Shown piece after piece: positions 48,244 to 59,918 of a stretch of DNA of 64,000 nucleotides. This DNA is from an uncultured Clostridia bacterium. GTDB taxonomy: Bacteria > Bacillota > Clostridia > Christensenellales > CAG-138. The notes under the pieces are model-generated. The model made no database searches, was not told where the DNA came from, and worked only from the letters and a program-made list of their open reading frames with translations. Within the stretch, counting starts at the first letter, position 1, and the number at the start of each line of letters is the position of its first letter. The position numbers and the translations under genes were made by a program. The stretch covers positions 799 to 64,798 of the forward strand of contig CALVLD010000008.1 in the NCBI GenBank assembly GCA_944336475.1, read 5' to 3'.

Positions 48244-48439
48244 GGATCTGGCAAAGCTCAGGACGCTCTCCGTTGAGGAGCTTCAGGCGCATGAGGCAGA
48301 GCTCAAGGCTGAGCTCTTCAACCTTCGCTTCCAGCAGGCAACCGGTCAGCTTTCAAACCCCATGCGTCTGCGTGAGTGCAAGCGTGACATTGCGAGGGTC
48401 AAGACCATACTGAACGAGCGTGCTGCGGCAGCCAACTAA
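48233..48439 (+). CDS. rpmC: 50S ribosomal protein L29
   Basis: [32 protein letters not shown]. Confidence 0.95.
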   Translation: MKTKDLAKLRTLSVEELQAHEAELKAELFNLRFQQATGQLSNPMRLRECKRDIARVKTILNERAAAAN

Positions 48440-48457
48440 TCAAGGGAGGATAGCAAG

Positions 48458-48730
48458 ATGGAAAACAATAACGCTCCCGTAAGGGGCTATCGCAAGACCC
48501 GTACAGGCGTCGTGGTGAGCGACAGGATGGACAAGACGATCGTAGTTGCAGTCAAAACAAAGGTTCGTCATCCGCTCTATGGCAAGATGGTCAGCCGCAC
48601 TGCAAAGTTCATGGCTCACGATGAGGAGAATTCCTGCGGCATCGGCGATACCGTCAGGATTATGGAGACCCGTCCGCTTTCCAAGAACAAGCGCTGGCGT
48701 CTCGTCGAGATTATTGAGAAGGCGAAATAA
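48458..48730 (+). CDS. rpsQ: 30S ribosomal protein S17
   Basis: [21 protein letters not shown]...[23 protein letters not shown]. Confidence 0.95.
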   Translation: MENNNAPVRGYRKTRTGVVVSDRMDKTIVVAVKTKVRHPLYGKMVSRTAKFMAHDEENSCGIGDTVRIMETRPLSKNKRWRLVEIIEKAK

Positions 48731-48748
48731 CCTTAAAGGGAGGACAGC

Positions 48749-49117
48749 ATGATTCAGCCACAGACAAGGTTAAAGGTTGCCGATAACAGCGGCGCCAAAG
48801 AGATTATGTGCATCAGGGTGCTCGGCGGCTCCAAGAGGAAGTTTGCGAGCATCGGTGATGTGATAGTGGCCTCCGTAAAGAGCGCATCCCCCGGCGGCGC
48901 GGTCAAAAAGAAGGATGTCGTTAAAGCAGTCGTGGTTCGCACAGTCACGGGCGTACAGCGCCCAGACGGCAGCCATATCCGCTTCGACGACAATGCGGCG
49001 GTCATAATAAACGATCAGAAGCAGCCCCGCGGCACCCGTATTTTCGGGCCGGTAGCAAGGGAGCTGCGCGAGAAGGACTACATGAAGATAGTCTCTCTCG
49101 CCCCCGAAGTTCTGTAA
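48749..49117 (+). CDS. rplN: 50S ribosomal protein L14
   Basis: [27 protein letters not shown]. Confidence 0.97.
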   Translation: MIQPQTRLKVADNSGAKEIMCIRVLGGSKRKFASIGDVIVASVKSASPGGAVKKKDVVKAVVVRTVTGVQRPDGSHIRFDDNAAVIINDQKQPRGTRIFGPVARELREKDYMKIVSLAPEVL

Positions 49118-49132
49118 GAGGGAGGACCAAGT

Positions 49133-49465
49133 ATGAACATTAAGACAGGCGATACCGTGATGGTAATAGCCGGCAATAGAATCAAGGACGTCGGCCGCAC
49201 AGGTAAGGTCCTCAAGGTAATGCCCAAGGAAGAGCGTGTGGTCGTCCAGGGCAGGGCAATGGTCATCCGCCATACAAAGCCCCGTCAGCAGGGTCAGCAG
49301 GGCGGCAGGATCGAGAAGGAAGGCACCATCCACGTCTCCAACGTGATGCTCGTATGTCCCTCCTGCAAGCGTCCTACCCGTGTAGGCCACGATTTTGTCG
49401 ATGGCAAGGACGGTAAGAAAATTAAGGTTCGTGTCTGCAAGAACTGCGGCAAGAAGATTGACTGA
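49133..49465 (+). CDS. rplX: 50S ribosomal protein L24
   Basis: [27 protein letters not shown] (KOW motif). Confidence 0.95.
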   Translation: MNIKTGDTVMVIAGNRIKDVGRTGKVLKVMPKEERVVVQGRAMVIRHTKPRQQGQQGGRIEKEGTIHVSNVMLVCPSCKRPTRVGHDFVDGKDGKKIKVRVCKNCGKKID

Positions 49466-49479
49466 GGAGGAAACGGTTA

Positions 49480-50106
49480 ATGGCTAAGAAGGAACAGGCA
49501 CAGGCCCCCGCCAAGAAGAAGAAGGGCCAGGCAGAAGCCAAGGCTTTCACAGAGCCCGCCCGCCTCAGGGTTCGCTACAAGGAGGAGATCGTCCCTGCCA
49601 TGCAGGAACGCTTCAACTACGCCAACCCCATGATGATTCCCAAGCTTGAGAAGATCGTTCTCAACATGGGTCTGGGCTCCGATAAGGACAATCCCAAGGG
49701 TCTCGACGCAGCCATAGAGCAGCTCGGCGCCATTGCCGGTCAGAAGCCCGTAATCACCAAGGCGAAGAAGTCCGTAGCAAACTTCAAGGTTCGTCAGGGC
49801 ATGAACATCGGCGCCAAGGTCACCCTCCGCGGCGACAGGATGTACTACTTCATGGATAAGCTCATGAACATCGTACTTCCCCGCGTTCGTGACTTCCGCG
49901 GTATCTCAGATATCAGCTTTGACGGTCGCGGCAACTATGCCATGGGCGTTAAGGAGCAGCTCATATTCCCCGAGATCAACTATGATGACGTTGATAAGGT
50001 TCGTGGCATGGACATCGTGTTCGTTACCACCGCCAATACCGACGAGGAGGCAAAGGAGCTGCTCAGGCTCTTTGGCATGCCTTTCGTCACCAGCGATGCC
50101 CGATAA
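49480..50106 (+). CDS. rplE: 50S ribosomal protein L5 with a ~27-aa Lys/Ala-rich N-terminal extension
   Basis: [39 protein letters not shown] is preceded by [27 protein letters not shown]. Strong GAGGAGG RBS at the long start, and no internal Met. Confidence 0.93.
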   Translation: MAKKEQAQAPAKKKKGQAEAKAFTEPARLRVRYKEEIVPAMQERFNYANPMMIPKLEKIVLNMGLGSDKDNPKGLDAAIEQLGAIAGQKPVITKAKKSVANFKVRQGMNIGAKVTLRGDRMYYFMDKLMNIVLPRVRDFRGISDISFDGRGNYAMGVKEQLIFPEINYDDVDKVRGMDIVFVTTANTDEEAKELLRLFGMPFVTSDAR

Positions 50107-50120
50107 GGAGGATACTAACA

Positions 50121-50306
50121 GTGGCTAAACTATCAATGAAGCTCAAGCAGCAGCGTGAACCCAAGTATTCAACCAGGGCTTACACCCGTTGCCGCATCTG
50201 CGGCCGTCCCCACTCCGTCCTGCGCAAGTACGGCATCTGCCGCGTATGCTTCCGTGAACTGGCATACAAGGGCGAGATTCCCGGCGTGCGCAAGGCAAGC
50301 TGGTAA
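50121..50306 (+). CDS. rpsN: 30S ribosomal protein S14, type Z (zinc-binding)
   Basis: 61 aa with [23 protein letters not shown] start. Confidence 0.95.
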   Translation: MAKLSMKLKQQREPKYSTRAYTRCRICGRPHSVLRKYGICRVCFRELAYKGEIPGVRKASW

Positions 50307-50328
50307 TCTTTGAAAGGAGGAAACTACA

Positions 50329-50727
50329 ATGCTCGTAACAGATCCCATTGCCGATATGCTTACACGCATCAGGAATGCGCTCGTAGCAAAGCACGAATCG
50401 GTTGAGGTGCCCGCTTCCAACATGAAGCTCGCCATCACCGAGATTCTCCTCAATGAAGGTTACATCAAGGGCTATACCGTCACCGAAGAGGGTGTTACAA
50501 AAATGATCAACATCACCCTCAAATACGGTCCTAACCGCCAGAGGGTTATCACCGGCCTCAAGCGTGTTTCAAAGCCCGGTCTGCGTGTGTATGCACGCAA
50601 TGATAAGCTCCCCAAGGTGCTCAACGGACTCGGCATCGCCATCATCTCTACCTCTCGCGGCATCATGACCGACAAAGAGGCAAGGAAGCTCGGTGTCGGC
50701 GGCGAGGTACTCGCCTACGTCTGGTAA
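50329..50727 (+). CDS. rpsH: 30S ribosomal protein S8
   Basis: [14 protein letters not shown]. Confidence 0.97.
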   Translation: MLVTDPIADMLTRIRNALVAKHESVEVPASNMKLAITEILLNEGYIKGYTVTEEGVTKMINITLKYGPNRQRVITGLKRVSKPGLRVYARNDKLPKVLNGLGIAIISTSRGIMTDKEARKLGVGGEVLAYVW

Positions 50728-50761
50728 GCCCCTGATATAACATTATTATGGAGGTAAAGAA

Positions 50762-51298
50762 ATGTCTCGAATCGGAAAACTTCCGATAACAGTCCCCGCC
50801 GGAGTGACAATCACGGTCGAGAATAACATAGTGACCGTCAAAGGGCCCAAGGGTGTGTTGTCGGAGAAGATCTCTGAGCGCATGAAGCTCACGGAGGAGA
50901 ACGGTATACTTAAGGTCGAGCGTCCTACGGACAACAAGCAGGATCGCTCCCTGCACGGCCTCACCCGCACCCTCATCAACAATATGGTTACCGGCGTAAC
51001 CGCCGGTTTCGAGAAGAAGCTCGAGATCGAAGGCACGGGTTACAAGGCCGCAAAGACCGGCAATAAGCTCGTGCTCAGCGTCGGCTACTCCCATAACGTT
51101 GAGTTTGAAGAGGGCAATGGCATCACCTATGACGTGCCCGCCCCCACAAAGATTACCGTCAAGGGTATCAACAAGCAGCAGGTCGGCCAGATAGCGGCTG
51201 ACATCCGCGCCGTCCGTCCGCCTGAGCCTTATAAGGGCAAGGGCATCAGGTACGCCGGTGAGTTTGTCCGTCGTAAGGAAGGCAAGACGGGTAAGTAA
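50762..51298 (+). CDS. rplF: 50S ribosomal protein L6
   Basis: [20 protein letters not shown]. Confidence 0.97.
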   Translation: MSRIGKLPITVPAGVTITVENNIVTVKGPKGVLSEKISERMKLTEENGILKVERPTDNKQDRSLHGLTRTLINNMVTGVTAGFEKKLEIEGTGYKAAKTGNKLVLSVGYSHNVEFEEGNGITYDVPAPTKITVKGINKQQVGQIAADIRAVRPPEPYKGKGIRYAGEFVRRKEGKTGK

Positions 51299-51316
51299 TT
51301 CGGGAGGAGTAATGAT

Positions 51317-51685
51317 ATGATAAGCAAGCTTGATAAGAACACGATCCGTAAGGCTCGTCATCACCGTCAGCGTCGTCACATTAACGGCACTCCGGAAAGG
51401 CCCCGCCTGAATGTTTACCGCAGCTTGAAGCACATCTATGCTCAGGTCATCGACGATGTTGCCGGCGTTACCATCGCCGCAGCAAGCACCGTTGAGCCGG
51501 AGATCGCCGCCAAGCTCGAGGGCAAAAACAAGAAGCAGGCCGCCGAGATAGTCGGTGAGACCGTCGCTCTCCGTGCCAAGGATAAGGGCGTTGAAAAGGT
51601 CGTTTTCGACCGTGGCGGTTATCTCTACACCGGCCGAGTGGCCGAGGTGGCAAACGGCGCCCGTAAGGGCGGCTTGGACTTTTAA
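51317..51685 (+). CDS. rplR: 50S ribosomal protein L18
   Basis: [20 protein letters not shown] ... [12 protein letters not shown]. Confidence 0.95.
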   Translation: MISKLDKNTIRKARHHRQRRHINGTPERPRLNVYRSLKHIYAQVIDDVAGVTIAAASTVEPEIAAKLEGKNKKQAAEIVGETVALRAKDKGVEKVVFDRGGYLYTGRVAEVANGARKGGLDF

Positions 51686-51697
51686 GGGAGGTAGCAC

Positions 51698-52207
51698 ATG
51701 CAGCAGAAGCGTAACTTTACTCCGGAAGTACCGGAATTTCAGGAGCGTCTTGTAGCGGTCAACCGTGTTGCAAAGGTCGTCAAGGGCGGCCGTACATTCC
51801 GCTTCTCCGCCCTCATTGTCGTCGGTGACGGCAAGGGAAGGGTCGGCGTAGGAATGGGCAAGGCGGCGGAGATACCCGAGGCCGTAAGGAAGGGTGTAGA
51901 GGATGCAAAGCGTCACATCATCACCGTCCCCATCGTAGGCACTACCATTCCCCATGAGGTCGAAGGCCAGTTCTCCAAGGGTCACGTCAGGATGCTTCCT
52001 GCCGGCCCGGGTACCGGCGTTATCGCAGGCGGCCCCGTCCGTGCGGTTCTCGAGATGGTAGGCATCAAGGATATCCGTACCAAGAGCTACGGTTCCAACA
52101 ATCCCGCTAACTGCGTAAAGGCCACCATCGACGGCCTCAAGCAGCTCAGGACGGCAGAGGAGATCGCCCGCCTGCGCGGCAAGTCCGTTGCCGAAATTAC
52201 CGAGTAA
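51698..52207 (+). CDS. rpsE: 30S ribosomal protein S5
   Basis: [32 protein letters not shown]. Confidence 0.97.
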   Translation: MQQKRNFTPEVPEFQERLVAVNRVAKVVKGGRTFRFSALIVVGDGKGRVGVGMGKAAEIPEAVRKGVEDAKRHIITVPIVGTTIPHEVEGQFSKGHVRMLPAGPGTGVIAGGPVRAVLEMVGIKDIRTKSYGSNNPANCVKATIDGLKQLRTAEEIARLRGKSVAEITE

Positions 52208-52220
52208 GGGGGTTCGTACA

Positions 52221-52403
52221 ATGGCAAACCTTAAGATAACATTGGTCAAGAGCACCATCGGCGCACTGCAGGATCAGAAGGACACCATCCGTGCCCTCGG
52301 TCTGCACAAGATGCACTCCTCGGTCATTAAGCCCGATAATGTGTGCGTGCGCGGTATGATTTTTAAAGTAAAGCACCTTGTCAAGGTGGAAGAAGAAGCG
52401 TAA
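52221..52403 (+). CDS. rpmD: 50S ribosomal protein L30
   Basis: [31 protein letters not shown] 52221 is preferred over 52188, which overlaps rpsE. Confidence 0.93.
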   Translation: MANLKITLVKSTIGALQDQKDTIRALGLHKMHSSVIKPDNVCVRGMIFKVKHLVKVEEEA

Positions 52404-52414
52404 GGAGGTGCAGT

Positions 52415-52855
52415 ATGAAACTTCACGAGTTGCAGCCTGTTGAGGGTTCCACCACTTCCAAAAGGCGTGTCGGCCGCGGCACCGGTTCCGGTCTGGGCAA
52501 GACCTCCGGCTACGGCCACAAGGGTCAGAAGGCACGTTCCGGAAGCAAGAAGAACGGCTTCGAGGGTGGTCAGATGCCCCTTCCGCGCCGTCTCCCGAAG
52601 CGTGGGTTCCACAACAACTTTGCTAAGGAATACACCGTGATCAACATCGAGGAGCTCAACGGCCTCGATAATGGTACGGTTGTCACTGCGGAGCTGCTCA
52701 AGGACATGGGCATTATCCGCAAGATCGAAAAAGACGGACTCAAGGTTCTCGGCCGTGGCGAGCTTACAAAGAGTTTGACCGTAAAGGCGGCAAAGGCCTC
52801 TGAGTCGGCGCGTAACGCTATTGTTGCCGCCGGCGGAACTGTTGAGGTGGAGTGA
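52415..52855 (+). CDS. rplO: 50S ribosomal protein L15
   Basis: [32 protein letters not shown]. Confidence 0.97.
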   Translation: MKLHELQPVEGSTTSKRRVGRGTGSGLGKTSGYGHKGQKARSGSKKNGFEGGQMPLPRRLPKRGFHNNFAKEYTVINIEELNGLDNGTVVTAELLKDMGIIRKIEKDGLKVLGRGELTKSLTVKAAKASESARNAIVAAGGTVEVE

Positions 52856-54228
52856 TGTTTAAGACGTTCATAAACGCATGGAAGGTCAAGGACATCCGTA
52901 CAAAGATACTCTTCACCCTCCTGCTCATAGTCGTCTATCGTCTCGGCTCGTTCATCCCCGTCCCGGGGGTGAACGCCGCAGCACTTTCCGAGCTGATAGG
53001 CCAGTATGACCTCCTCAACTTCCTCAACCTGTTCAGCGGCGGCTCCCTCAGCCAGTTCTCACTGTTTGCAATGGGTATCTCGCCGTATATCACCGGCTCC
53101 ATTATAATGCAGCTCCTCTGCATTGCCATCCCCGCTCTTGAGCGCCTCTCCAAGGAGGATGACGGTCGCAAGAAGATCGAGAAGATCACCCGCTATGTCG
53201 GCATCGGTCTTGCAGCAGTGCAGTCCATCAGCATAATCGTGAGCCTTGAGAACATGTCCGGTGGTCTGCTCAACCCCACCACCCTCTTTGGGACGAATGC
53301 TACCCTCAACAACATATTCACCTATGTCATGATAGCCGTATGTTGTACAGCGGGCACCGCATTCCTCATGTGGCTGGGTGAGCGCATCACCGAGCGCGGT
53401 GTCGGCAACGGCATCTCCATGCTGATATTTGCCTCCATCGTCGCTTCCGTTCCCGACGTCGTGGTCAAGCTGTTCTCCCATACGGAGTTCCTTCCCTGGG
53501 CATCCCCTGCCATCGATCCCGCTACAGGCAGTGTTGCAGGTCTGTATGAGTGGTGGGTACCCATCGTGGTCGTTCTGTTCGTTGCGGTTCTCATCGCAGG
53601 CATCGTTGCGGTCGATAAGGCGGTTCGTCGCATACCCGTTCAGTATGCAAAGCGTGTCGTCGGCCGCAAGCTCTATGGCGGTCAGTCCACCCACATCCCC
53701 ATGAAGGCAAATGCAAACGGCGTTATGCCGCTGATCTTTGCCATGACGATACTGCAAGTTCCAGCAATGATCGCTCAGTTCTGGGCAAACCAGGATGCCG
53801 GATTCCCCAAGTTCGTCGCAACATACCTCAGCGCCAGCACCGATAACGTTGCCGGTATCATAATCTACTATGTGCTGTATGGTCTTTTGATCGTCGGTTT
53901 CGCATACTTCTATTCCTCTATTTCCTTCAATGCGGTCGACATCGCAAAGAACCTGCAGCAGAACGGAGGCTTCATCCCCGGCATCCGTCCGGGAAAGCCC
54001 ACCAGCGACTATCTGAAGAAGAAGAGCAACCGCCTCACACTGTTCGGCGCTTTCTACCTCTGCCTTATAGCTATAATACCTTCGCTCATTATGTCGTTCC
54101 TCGATATATCGCTCCTCAGCGCATTCGGGCCCACGAGCATACTGATCATGGTAAGCGTAGCGCTCGAGACGTCGGATCAGCTCGATTCGCTTGTGCTCAT
54201 GCGCCATTATAAGGGCTTCCTCGGATAA
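52852..54228 (+). CDS. secY: Preprotein translocase subunit SecY
   Basis: [27 protein letters not shown] ... [15 protein letters not shown]. Confidence 0.95.
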   Translation: MMFKTFINAWKVKDIRTKILFTLLLIVVYRLGSFIPVPGVNAAALSELIGQYDLLNFLNLFSGGSLSQFSLFAMGISPYITGSIIMQLLCIAIPALERLSKEDDGRKKIEKITRYVGIGLAAVQSISIIVSLENMSGGLLNPTTLFGTNATLNNIFTYVMIAVCCTAGTAFLMWLGERITERGVGNGISMLIFASIVASVPDVVVKLFSHTEFLPWASPAIDPATGSVAGLYEWWVPIVVVLFVAVLIAGIVAVDKAVRRIPVQYAKRVVGRKLYGGQSTHIPMKANANGVMPLIFAMTILQVPAMIAQFWANQDAGFPKFVATYLSASTDNVAGIIIYYVLYGLLIVGFAYFYSSISFNAVDIAKNLQQNGGFIPGIRPGKPTSDYLKKKSNRLTLFGAFYLCLIAIIPSLIMSFLDISLLSAFGPTSILIMVSVALETSDQLDSLVLMRHYKGFLG

Positions 54229-54233
54229 TCAAG

Positions 54234-54860
54234 ATGAAACTTGTTCTTTTAGGTCCGCCGGGTGCCGGAAAGGGCACCCAGGCGGAAAGAATAGCAGAAC
54301 GCTACTCGCTCGCACATGTCTCCACCGGAGAGATGCTGCGAGCTGAGATTGCTTTTAAGACGCCGCTCGGCTTGAAGGCAAAGCTCCTTATAGACGAGGG
54401 GGAGCTTGTTCCCGATGAGGTTATCAACGAGATGGTCAAAAACCGTATCAAAAGGGATGACTGCATCGTCGGGTATATGCTGGACGGCTATCCTCGTACG
54501 CTTGCGCAGGCGGAGGCTCTTGCGAGCTTTGCCGATATAGACAGAGCTATATGCATAAATGTGCCTGCGGAGCTGATAGTGGAGCGCATGGCGTCACGCA
54601 TGGTGTGCCCCAAGTGTAAGCTGTCATACAGCATACACGGCGAGGATACCCACTGTGTCGAGTGCGGCACTGAGCTGATATTTCGTGAGGACGATAAGCC
54701 CGAGACCGTGCGCCACAGGCTTGCCGTGTATGAGGAGCTAACCCATCCTCTGGTGGACTTCTATCGTGAACGTGGTATACTGAGCGAGATCGACGGCGTT
54801 GGCTCTGTCGATGAAGTGGCTGAGAGGATATTTGACACACTGGACGGCGTAAGGGAATGA
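54234..54860 (+). CDS. adk: Adenylate kinase (Cys4 zinc lid)
   Basis: LLGPPGAGKGTQA. Lid CPKC...CVEC. Confidence 0.95.
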   Translation: MKLVLLGPPGAGKGTQAERIAERYSLAHVSTGEMLRAEIAFKTPLGLKAKLLIDEGELVPDEVINEMVKNRIKRDDCIVGYMLDGYPRTLAQAEALASFADIDRAICINVPAELIVERMASRMVCPKCKLSYSIHGEDTHCVECGTELIFREDDKPETVRHRLAVYEELTHPLVDFYRERGILSEIDGVGSVDEVAERIFDTLDGVRE

Positions 54861-55624
54861 ACCGCATTACCATAAAATCTCCGGGACAAATCGAGAAAAT
54901 GCGTGTTGCAGGCAGCCTTGTCGGCAGGACTTTGGAGTATGTTGGTTCGCTCATCTCCGTCGGGGTCTCGACCTATGAGCTCGATAGGGAGGCGGAGGAG
55001 TTCATCCGCAAAAACGGCGGCGAACCCTCATTTCTGGGGTATAACGGCTTTCCAGCAAGCATCTGCACCTCGGTGAATGACCAGGTCGTTCACGGCATAC
55101 CATCGAAGAAGGTTCACCTGCGTGACGGCGACATAATCAGCATTGACTGCGGCGCCATAGTCGACGGCTTCCATGGCGACGCCGCACGGACGTTTCTTGT
55201 CGGCAATGTCGATGAGAGCACCCGCAAGCTGGTCGAGGTCACCAGGGAGTGCTTCTTCAAGGGTGCTGAGCAGGCTGTGGAGGGCAACCACATCGCCGAC
55301 ATCGCAAGGGCGGTCGAGGCGCACGCCCGCCAGCACGGCTACGGCGTAGTGCGCGATCTCGTCGGACATGGCATAGGCACTGATATGCACGAGCCGCCGG
55401 AGGTCCCGAATTTCACCGATCTGCGCATTGGCAGGGGAGTCAAGCTCTATGAGGGCATGACGTTGGCCATTGAGCCGATGATAAACCTCGGCACATGGAG
55501 GGTCGTGCTGGCCGATGACGGTTGGACCTGCTCCACCGCAGACGGCAGTCCGAGCGCTCATTATGAAAACACTGTTGTGGTAAAGAAAAACTCTTATGAG
55601 GTCTTGACAAATCCTCAATCATGA
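54857..55624 (+). CDS. map: Type I methionine aminopeptidase
   Basis: DIISIDCGAIVDGFHGDAARTF ... HGIGTDMHEPP. Confidence 0.95.
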   Translation: MNRITIKSPGQIEKMRVAGSLVGRTLEYVGSLISVGVSTYELDREAEEFIRKNGGEPSFLGYNGFPASICTSVNDQVVHGIPSKKVHLRDGDIISIDCGAIVDGFHGDAARTFLVGNVDESTRKLVEVTRECFFKGAEQAVEGNHIADIARAVEAHARQHGYGVVRDLVGHGIGTDMHEPPEVPNFTDLRIGRGVKLYEGMTLAIEPMINLGTWRVVLADDGWTCSTADGSPSAHYENTVVVKKNSYEVLTNPQS

Positions 55625-55989
55625 GGTATAATCAGAGGGTTGCGGCATGTCGATGGGAGGTGCGGTTGCCTGTGAGCGTCGAAAAACGTGAATTGCAGAG
55701 TGTTTCCCACGGTTTTTGTGCGGGTGAATGTCTCGGCATGTTTGCAATTTCGCTCGCAGGGCATGATTCGGGCGATATTTTCATAGTTGTCGGCACTGAT
55801 TTGGATGGCTATGTGCTGCTCAGCGACGGCAAACGAAGAAATATATTTCATCCGAAGCGCAAAAAGCTGAAGCACGTTCGCTTCCTCGAAGGGCGCAGCG
55901 CCTCAATAGCGGAGGCGTTGACATCGGGGAGGCCGGTGGACGATGCATGGATCCGAAGGGCTCTGAAGGAATTTTCGGCCCTGACCTGA
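55621..55989 (+). CDS. KOW-domain RNA-binding protein (the conserved small gene between map and infA in Clostridia)
   Basis: [15 protein letters not shown]...[21 protein letters not shown]. The start is uncertain: ATG 55621 overlaps the map stop, and the core domain begins near 55738. Confidence 0.65.
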   Translation: MRYNQRVAACRWEVRLPVSVEKRELQSVSHGFCAGECLGMFAISLAGHDSGDIFIVVGTDLDGYVLLSDGKRRNIFHPKRKKLKHVRFLEGRSASIAEALTSGRPVDDAWIRRALKEFSALT

Positions 55990-56005
55990 ACTGCAAGGAG
56001 GCAGT

Positions 56006-56227
56006 ATGTCAAAACAGGACATGATTGAAGTTGTGGGCGTGGTAACAAACACGTTCCCCAACACCATGTTTGAGGTAACGCTCGAGAACGGTCACAAGGT
56101 CATGGCGACCATATCGGGCAAGCTCCGCCAGAACTTTATACGAATACTCACCGGCGACAGGGTCAAGGTGGAGCTTTCACCATATGACCTCACCCGTGGA
56201 CGTATAACCTGGAGGGACAAGAACTGA
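56006..56227 (+). CDS. infA: Translation initiation factor IF-1
   Basis: [41 protein letters not shown]. Confidence 0.97.
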   Translation: MSKQDMIEVVGVVTNTFPNTMFEVTLENGHKVMATISGKLRQNFIRILTGDRVKVELSPYDLTRGRITWRDKN

Positions 56228-56274
56228 CAGATATCTGTCTGTTGTTATTTGAAATCTATTAGGAGGGTATACTC

Positions 56275-56388
56275 ATGAAAGTCAGACCGTCTGTGAAGCC
56301 CATGTGCGAAAAATGCAAGATAATCAAGCGCAAGGGTCATGTAATGGTAATCTGCGAGAATCCCCGTCACAAGCAGAAGCAGGGCTGA
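56275..56388 (+). CDS. rpmJ: 50S ribosomal protein L36
   Basis: Not in the ORF track (37 aa): [47 protein letters not shown]. Confidence 0.95.
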   Translation: MKVRPSVKPMCEKCKIIKRKGHVMVICENPRHKQKQG

Positions 56389-56709
56389 CGCTTGGGGCAT
56401 AGGGTCGTAAGGCCCGTGTTGTGAGCAAGGGGCGCTCACGGTTGAGCTCGTGCGGATCACTTCGCCGCACGAGGAGTGTATACCAAAGCTCGAACATTTC
56501 CTGCCCGATGCGGCTGCCGGGCTTCGACTCCCGCCGATAGTGTGGTTGTGCGGCGTGAGTTGAAACCCGGAATCGGCAGGTGATATACCCCCACCCGAGC
56601 GGTGGACGGCGGATGGTATCCGCTTTTGTGTCGCTCCGAAGGGACGGTTTTACGTTGCTTCGGAATAGTCCCCAATTACCAAATAATTTACGGAGGTAAA
56701 ACAACAGTT
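56389..56709 (+). ncRNA. 321-nt highly structured spacer between rpmJ and rpsM (candidate r-protein leader or cis-regulatory RNA)
   Basis: Hairpins lie at 56402-56415 (GUAA tetraloop), 56421-56439 and 56447-56473 (perfect 9 bp). A nested long helix spans 56500-56580. Further hairpins lie at 56591-56605, 56609-56627 (stem + UUUU) and 56636-56663. No plausible ORF on either strand. Confidence 0.45.
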
Positions 56710-57078
56710 ATGGCGCGTATAAGCGGCGTAGACCTGCCCAGGGACAAGCGTGTTGAGATAGGCCTCACCTACATCTACGGTATCGGCCTTCCGACATCCA
56801 AGAAGATTTTAGCAGAAACAGGCGTCAACCCCGACATTCGTGTCAGGGATCTGACGGAGAGCGATGTCAACCTTCTCAGGGAGTACATCGATAAGCATCT
56901 CAAGGTAGAGGGTGATCTCAGGAGGGAGACCGCACTTAACATCAAGCGTCTCATCGAGATCGGCTGCTACCGTGGGGTTCGTCACCGCAAGGGCCTTCCC
57001 GTCCGCGGTCAGAGCACCAAGCAGAACGCAAGGACCCGCAAGGGACCCAAGCGTCAGGTTGGTAAGAGCAAGAAGTAA
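56710..57078 (+). CDS. rpsM: 30S ribosomal protein S13
   Basis: [26 protein letters not shown]. Confidence 0.97.
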   Translation: MARISGVDLPRDKRVEIGLTYIYGIGLPTSKKILAETGVNPDIRVRDLTESDVNLLREYIDKHLKVEGDLRRETALNIKRLIEIGCYRGVRHRKGLPVRGQSTKQNARTRKGPKRQVGKSKK

Positions 57079-57092
57079 GGAGGAGACAGATC

Positions 57093-57497
57093 ATGGCTAA
57101 ACAGCAGAAGGCTAAGAGAATCACGAGCCGCAAGCGTCGCGAGAAGAAGAACATCGAGCGCGGCCAGGCTCACATTCGTTCCTCCTTCAATAACACACTG
57201 GTGACCATCACCGACCTGAACGGCAACGCCATCTCTTGGGCGTCTGCCGGTGGCTGCGGTTTTCGTGGTTCCAGAAAGAGCACGCCGTTTGCAGCACAGA
57301 TGGCTGCCGAGCAGGCTGCGAAGGCATCCATGGAGCATGGTATGCGTGTGGTTGAAGTTTATGTCAAGGGTCCCGGCGCAGGTCGTGAGTCCGCAATCCG
57401 TTCCCTGCAGGCGGCAGGTCTTGAGATCAACATGATTAAGGACGTTACGCCCCTTCCGCATAACGGTTGCCGTCCCCCCAAGCGCAGGAGAGTTTAA
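57093..57497 (+). CDS. rpsK: 30S ribosomal protein S11
   Basis: [30 protein letters not shown]. Confidence 0.97.
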   Translation: MAKQQKAKRITSRKRREKKNIERGQAHIRSSFNNTLVTITDLNGNAISWASAGGCGFRGSRKSTPFAAQMAAEQAAKASMEHGMRVVEVYVKGPGAGRESAIRSLQAAGLEINMIKDVTPLPHNGCRPPKRRRV

Positions 57498-57511
57498 GGA
57501 GGCAAACGACT

Positions 57512-58141
57512 ATGGCAAGATATACTGATTCCGTTTGCAGGCAGTGCCGCAGGGAAGGCGCAAAGCTCTTCCTCAAGGGCGAGCGTTGCTACAGCGCCAA
57601 GTGCGCATTTGTAAAGCGCAGCACCCCTCCCGGACAGCACGGGCAGGCTCGTCAGCGCAAGCAGTCCAACTATGGTATACAGCTCCGTGAGAAGCAGAAG
57701 TGCCGCAGGGCGTATGGCATACAGGAGTCCCAGTTCAGGAAGTATTACGACATGGCGTCCAACATGCGCGGCGTAACGGGCGAGAATATGCTCGCACTGT
57801 GTGAGCGCCGTCTGGACAACGTAGTGTACCGTCTTGCATTTGGCGCAAGCCGCGCCATGGCAAGGCAGCTTGTTACCCACGGCCACATCACGGTTGACGG
57901 CAACAAGGTGGACATTCCCTCCTACATCGTAAAGCCCGGGCAGGTCATATCGGTTCGCAACAGCAGCCGTGATATGGAGTGCTTTAAGGCTCTGCGCGAG
58001 CAGGGCGCCGACGGGAAGATGCCCAAGTGGCTCTCCCTTGACGCTGACAACCTTAAGGGCACAGTCGAGGCTCTGCCCCAGAGGGACGACATCGACCTTA
58101 GCATTGAGGAGCACCTGATTGTTGAGTTCTACTCGAGGTAA
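57512..58141 (+). CDS. rpsD: 30S ribosomal protein S4
   Basis: [31 protein letters not shown]. Confidence 0.95.
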   Translation: MARYTDSVCRQCRREGAKLFLKGERCYSAKCAFVKRSTPPGQHGQARQRKQSNYGIQLREKQKCRRAYGIQESQFRKYYDMASNMRGVTGENMLALCERRLDNVVYRLAFGASRAMARQLVTHGHITVDGNKVDIPSYIVKPGQVISVRNSSRDMECFKALREQGADGKMPKWLSLDADNLKGTVEALPQRDDIDLSIEEHLIVEFYSR

Positions 58142-58208
58142 TGAGTCGATTCCCGAGGCATCCGCAGCGATGCATCAAAATGCTTAACTATGAGAGGGGA
58201 GAATTACG

Positions 58209-59150
58209 ATGTTGGAAATTGAAAGACCGAAGATTGAATGTGTAGAAAAGACCGCAAGCTACGGCAAGTTCGTTGTGGAACCTCTTGAACGTGGCTTCGG
58301 CACGACTCTCGGCAATTGCCTGCGCCGTGTGCTGCTCAGTTCGCTTCCCGGTGTTGCGGCAACCTCCGTCAAGATTGACGGCGTACTCCACGAGTTCTCC
58401 ACGATCGATGGTGTAAAGGAGGATGTCACGGAGATCATCCTCAATATTAAGGAGCTCCGTGCCAAGATATATGGCGAGGGCGTAAGGCGTGCTTCCATCA
58501 ACGCTCACGGTGAGTGCGAAGTCACCGCCCGTGACATCATCACCGATGCCGACGTTGAGATAGTCAATCCCGATCTGCATATCGCAACCCTCGGGGAGAA
58601 CGCTAGCCTTTGCATGGAGATCAACCTTGGCCAGGGCCGCGGCTATGTTTCTGCAGACAAGAACAAGCACCACGGCATGTCCATAGGCGAGATCGCCGTT
58701 GACTCCATTTACACTCCCATCAAGAAGGTCAATTTCTATGTTGAGGATACCCGTGTCGGCCAGATCACCGACTACGATATGCTCACACTGGAGGTATGGA
58801 CCTCCGGCACAATCAGCCCAGAAGAGGCGGTCAGCAAAGCCGCTGGCATAATGACGGATCATCTGGCACTGTTCATCAACCTGACGGACGATACGCTCCA
58901 CGATCCCATATTCGAGGAGAAGGGCACAGACGACAGGACAAGGCTGCTCGACACCCTTATAGAGGAGTTGGATCTGTCCGTGCGTTCCTACAACTGCCTC
59001 AAGCGTGCCGGCATCAACACGGTAGCAGAGCTGGTGGAGCGCAACGAGGAGGAGATGATGAAGGTCCGCAACCTCGGACGCAAGTCCCTGGAGGAGGTTC
59101 AGCAGAAGCTTGCCGCTCTGGGTCTTTCCCTCCGCGAAAGCGACGAATAA
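58209..59150 (+). CDS. rpoA: DNA-directed RNA polymerase subunit alpha
   Basis: [30 protein letters not shown] ... [17 protein letters not shown]. Confidence 0.97.
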   Translation: MLEIERPKIECVEKTASYGKFVVEPLERGFGTTLGNCLRRVLLSSLPGVAATSVKIDGVLHEFSTIDGVKEDVTEIILNIKELRAKIYGEGVRRASINAHGECEVTARDIITDADVEIVNPDLHIATLGENASLCMEINLGQGRGYVSADKNKHHGMSIGEIAVDSIYTPIKKVNFYVEDTRVGQITDYDMLTLEVWTSGTISPEEAVSKAAGIMTDHLALFINLTDDTLHDPIFEEKGTDDRTRLLDTLIEELDLSVRSYNCLKRAGINTVAELVERNEEEMMKVRNLGRKSLEEVQQKLAALGLSLRESDE

Positions 59151-59195
59151 TGACATGCACGCCGTCAATCGGCAACAATACAAGGAGGAAATTAT

Positions 59196-59687
59196 ATGCC
59201 TAACCGTAAGCTTAACAAAGCAACCGATCAGCGTGACGCCATGCTCCGCAACATGGTGACGGCTCTTCTCTGGAACGGCAAGCTCGTGACCACCGAGACG
59301 CGCGCCAAGGAGGTTCGCCCCATTGTGGAGAAGATTATCACGCTGGCCGTATCCGAGTATAAGAACAGCAAGACCGTAACCAAGCAGACATTCAACGATA
59401 AGCAGCAGCTCGTGGACGTTGAGAAGCACGTTGATAAGCCCTCCAAGCTCCATGCCAGGAGGCAGATCATGGCCTATCTGTATGATGTTACCGAGAAGCC
59501 CGAGCATAAGGAGAAGCGTCGTGACTTTAAGAAGCGCACCGCAGATCGTGAGCATCCCGTCGTTGAGAAGCTCTTCCGTGAGATCGCTCCCCATTGCGAT
59601 GGCATGAAGGGCGGCTACACCCGCATCATGAAGCTCGGCCCCCGTCGCGGCGATGCGGCAGAGATGGCGATAATTGAGATACTCTGA
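59196..59687 (+). CDS. rplQ: 50S ribosomal protein L17 (long form, 163 aa)
   Basis: [38 protein letters not shown] ... [15 protein letters not shown], with an internal basic insertion. Confidence 0.93.
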   Translation: MPNRKLNKATDQRDAMLRNMVTALLWNGKLVTTETRAKEVRPIVEKIITLAVSEYKNSKTVTKQTFNDKQQLVDVEKHVDKPSKLHARRQIMAYLYDVTEKPEHKEKRRDFKKRTADREHPVVEKLFREIAPHCDGMKGGYTRIMKLGPRRGDAAEMAIIEIL

Positions 59688-59732
59688 TAGTTGTCTCACA
59701 GCCACGCCGGTAGCTATTGATTGAATCATTTT

Positions 59733-59775
59733 GAACCGCCTTGTGCCTTATGTCGACAGGGCGGTTCGATTCTTG
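59733..59775 (+). terminator. Terminator after rplQ
   Basis: GAACCGCC (59733-59740) pairs with GGCGGTTC (59760-59767), followed by GATTCTT. Confidence 0.5.
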
Positions 59776-59918
59776 TCGGAATATTTTACATAATCTTCGA
59801 ATTAGGTACACAGAATTGACAAACAAGGGTTTGAACATCGCTGTGTTTTGTGGTAGTATTATCGGGATAGAATGATGGTGATGCGTTTTGCTCAGTTCGC
59901 ACACGCAAGGAGGTTCAG

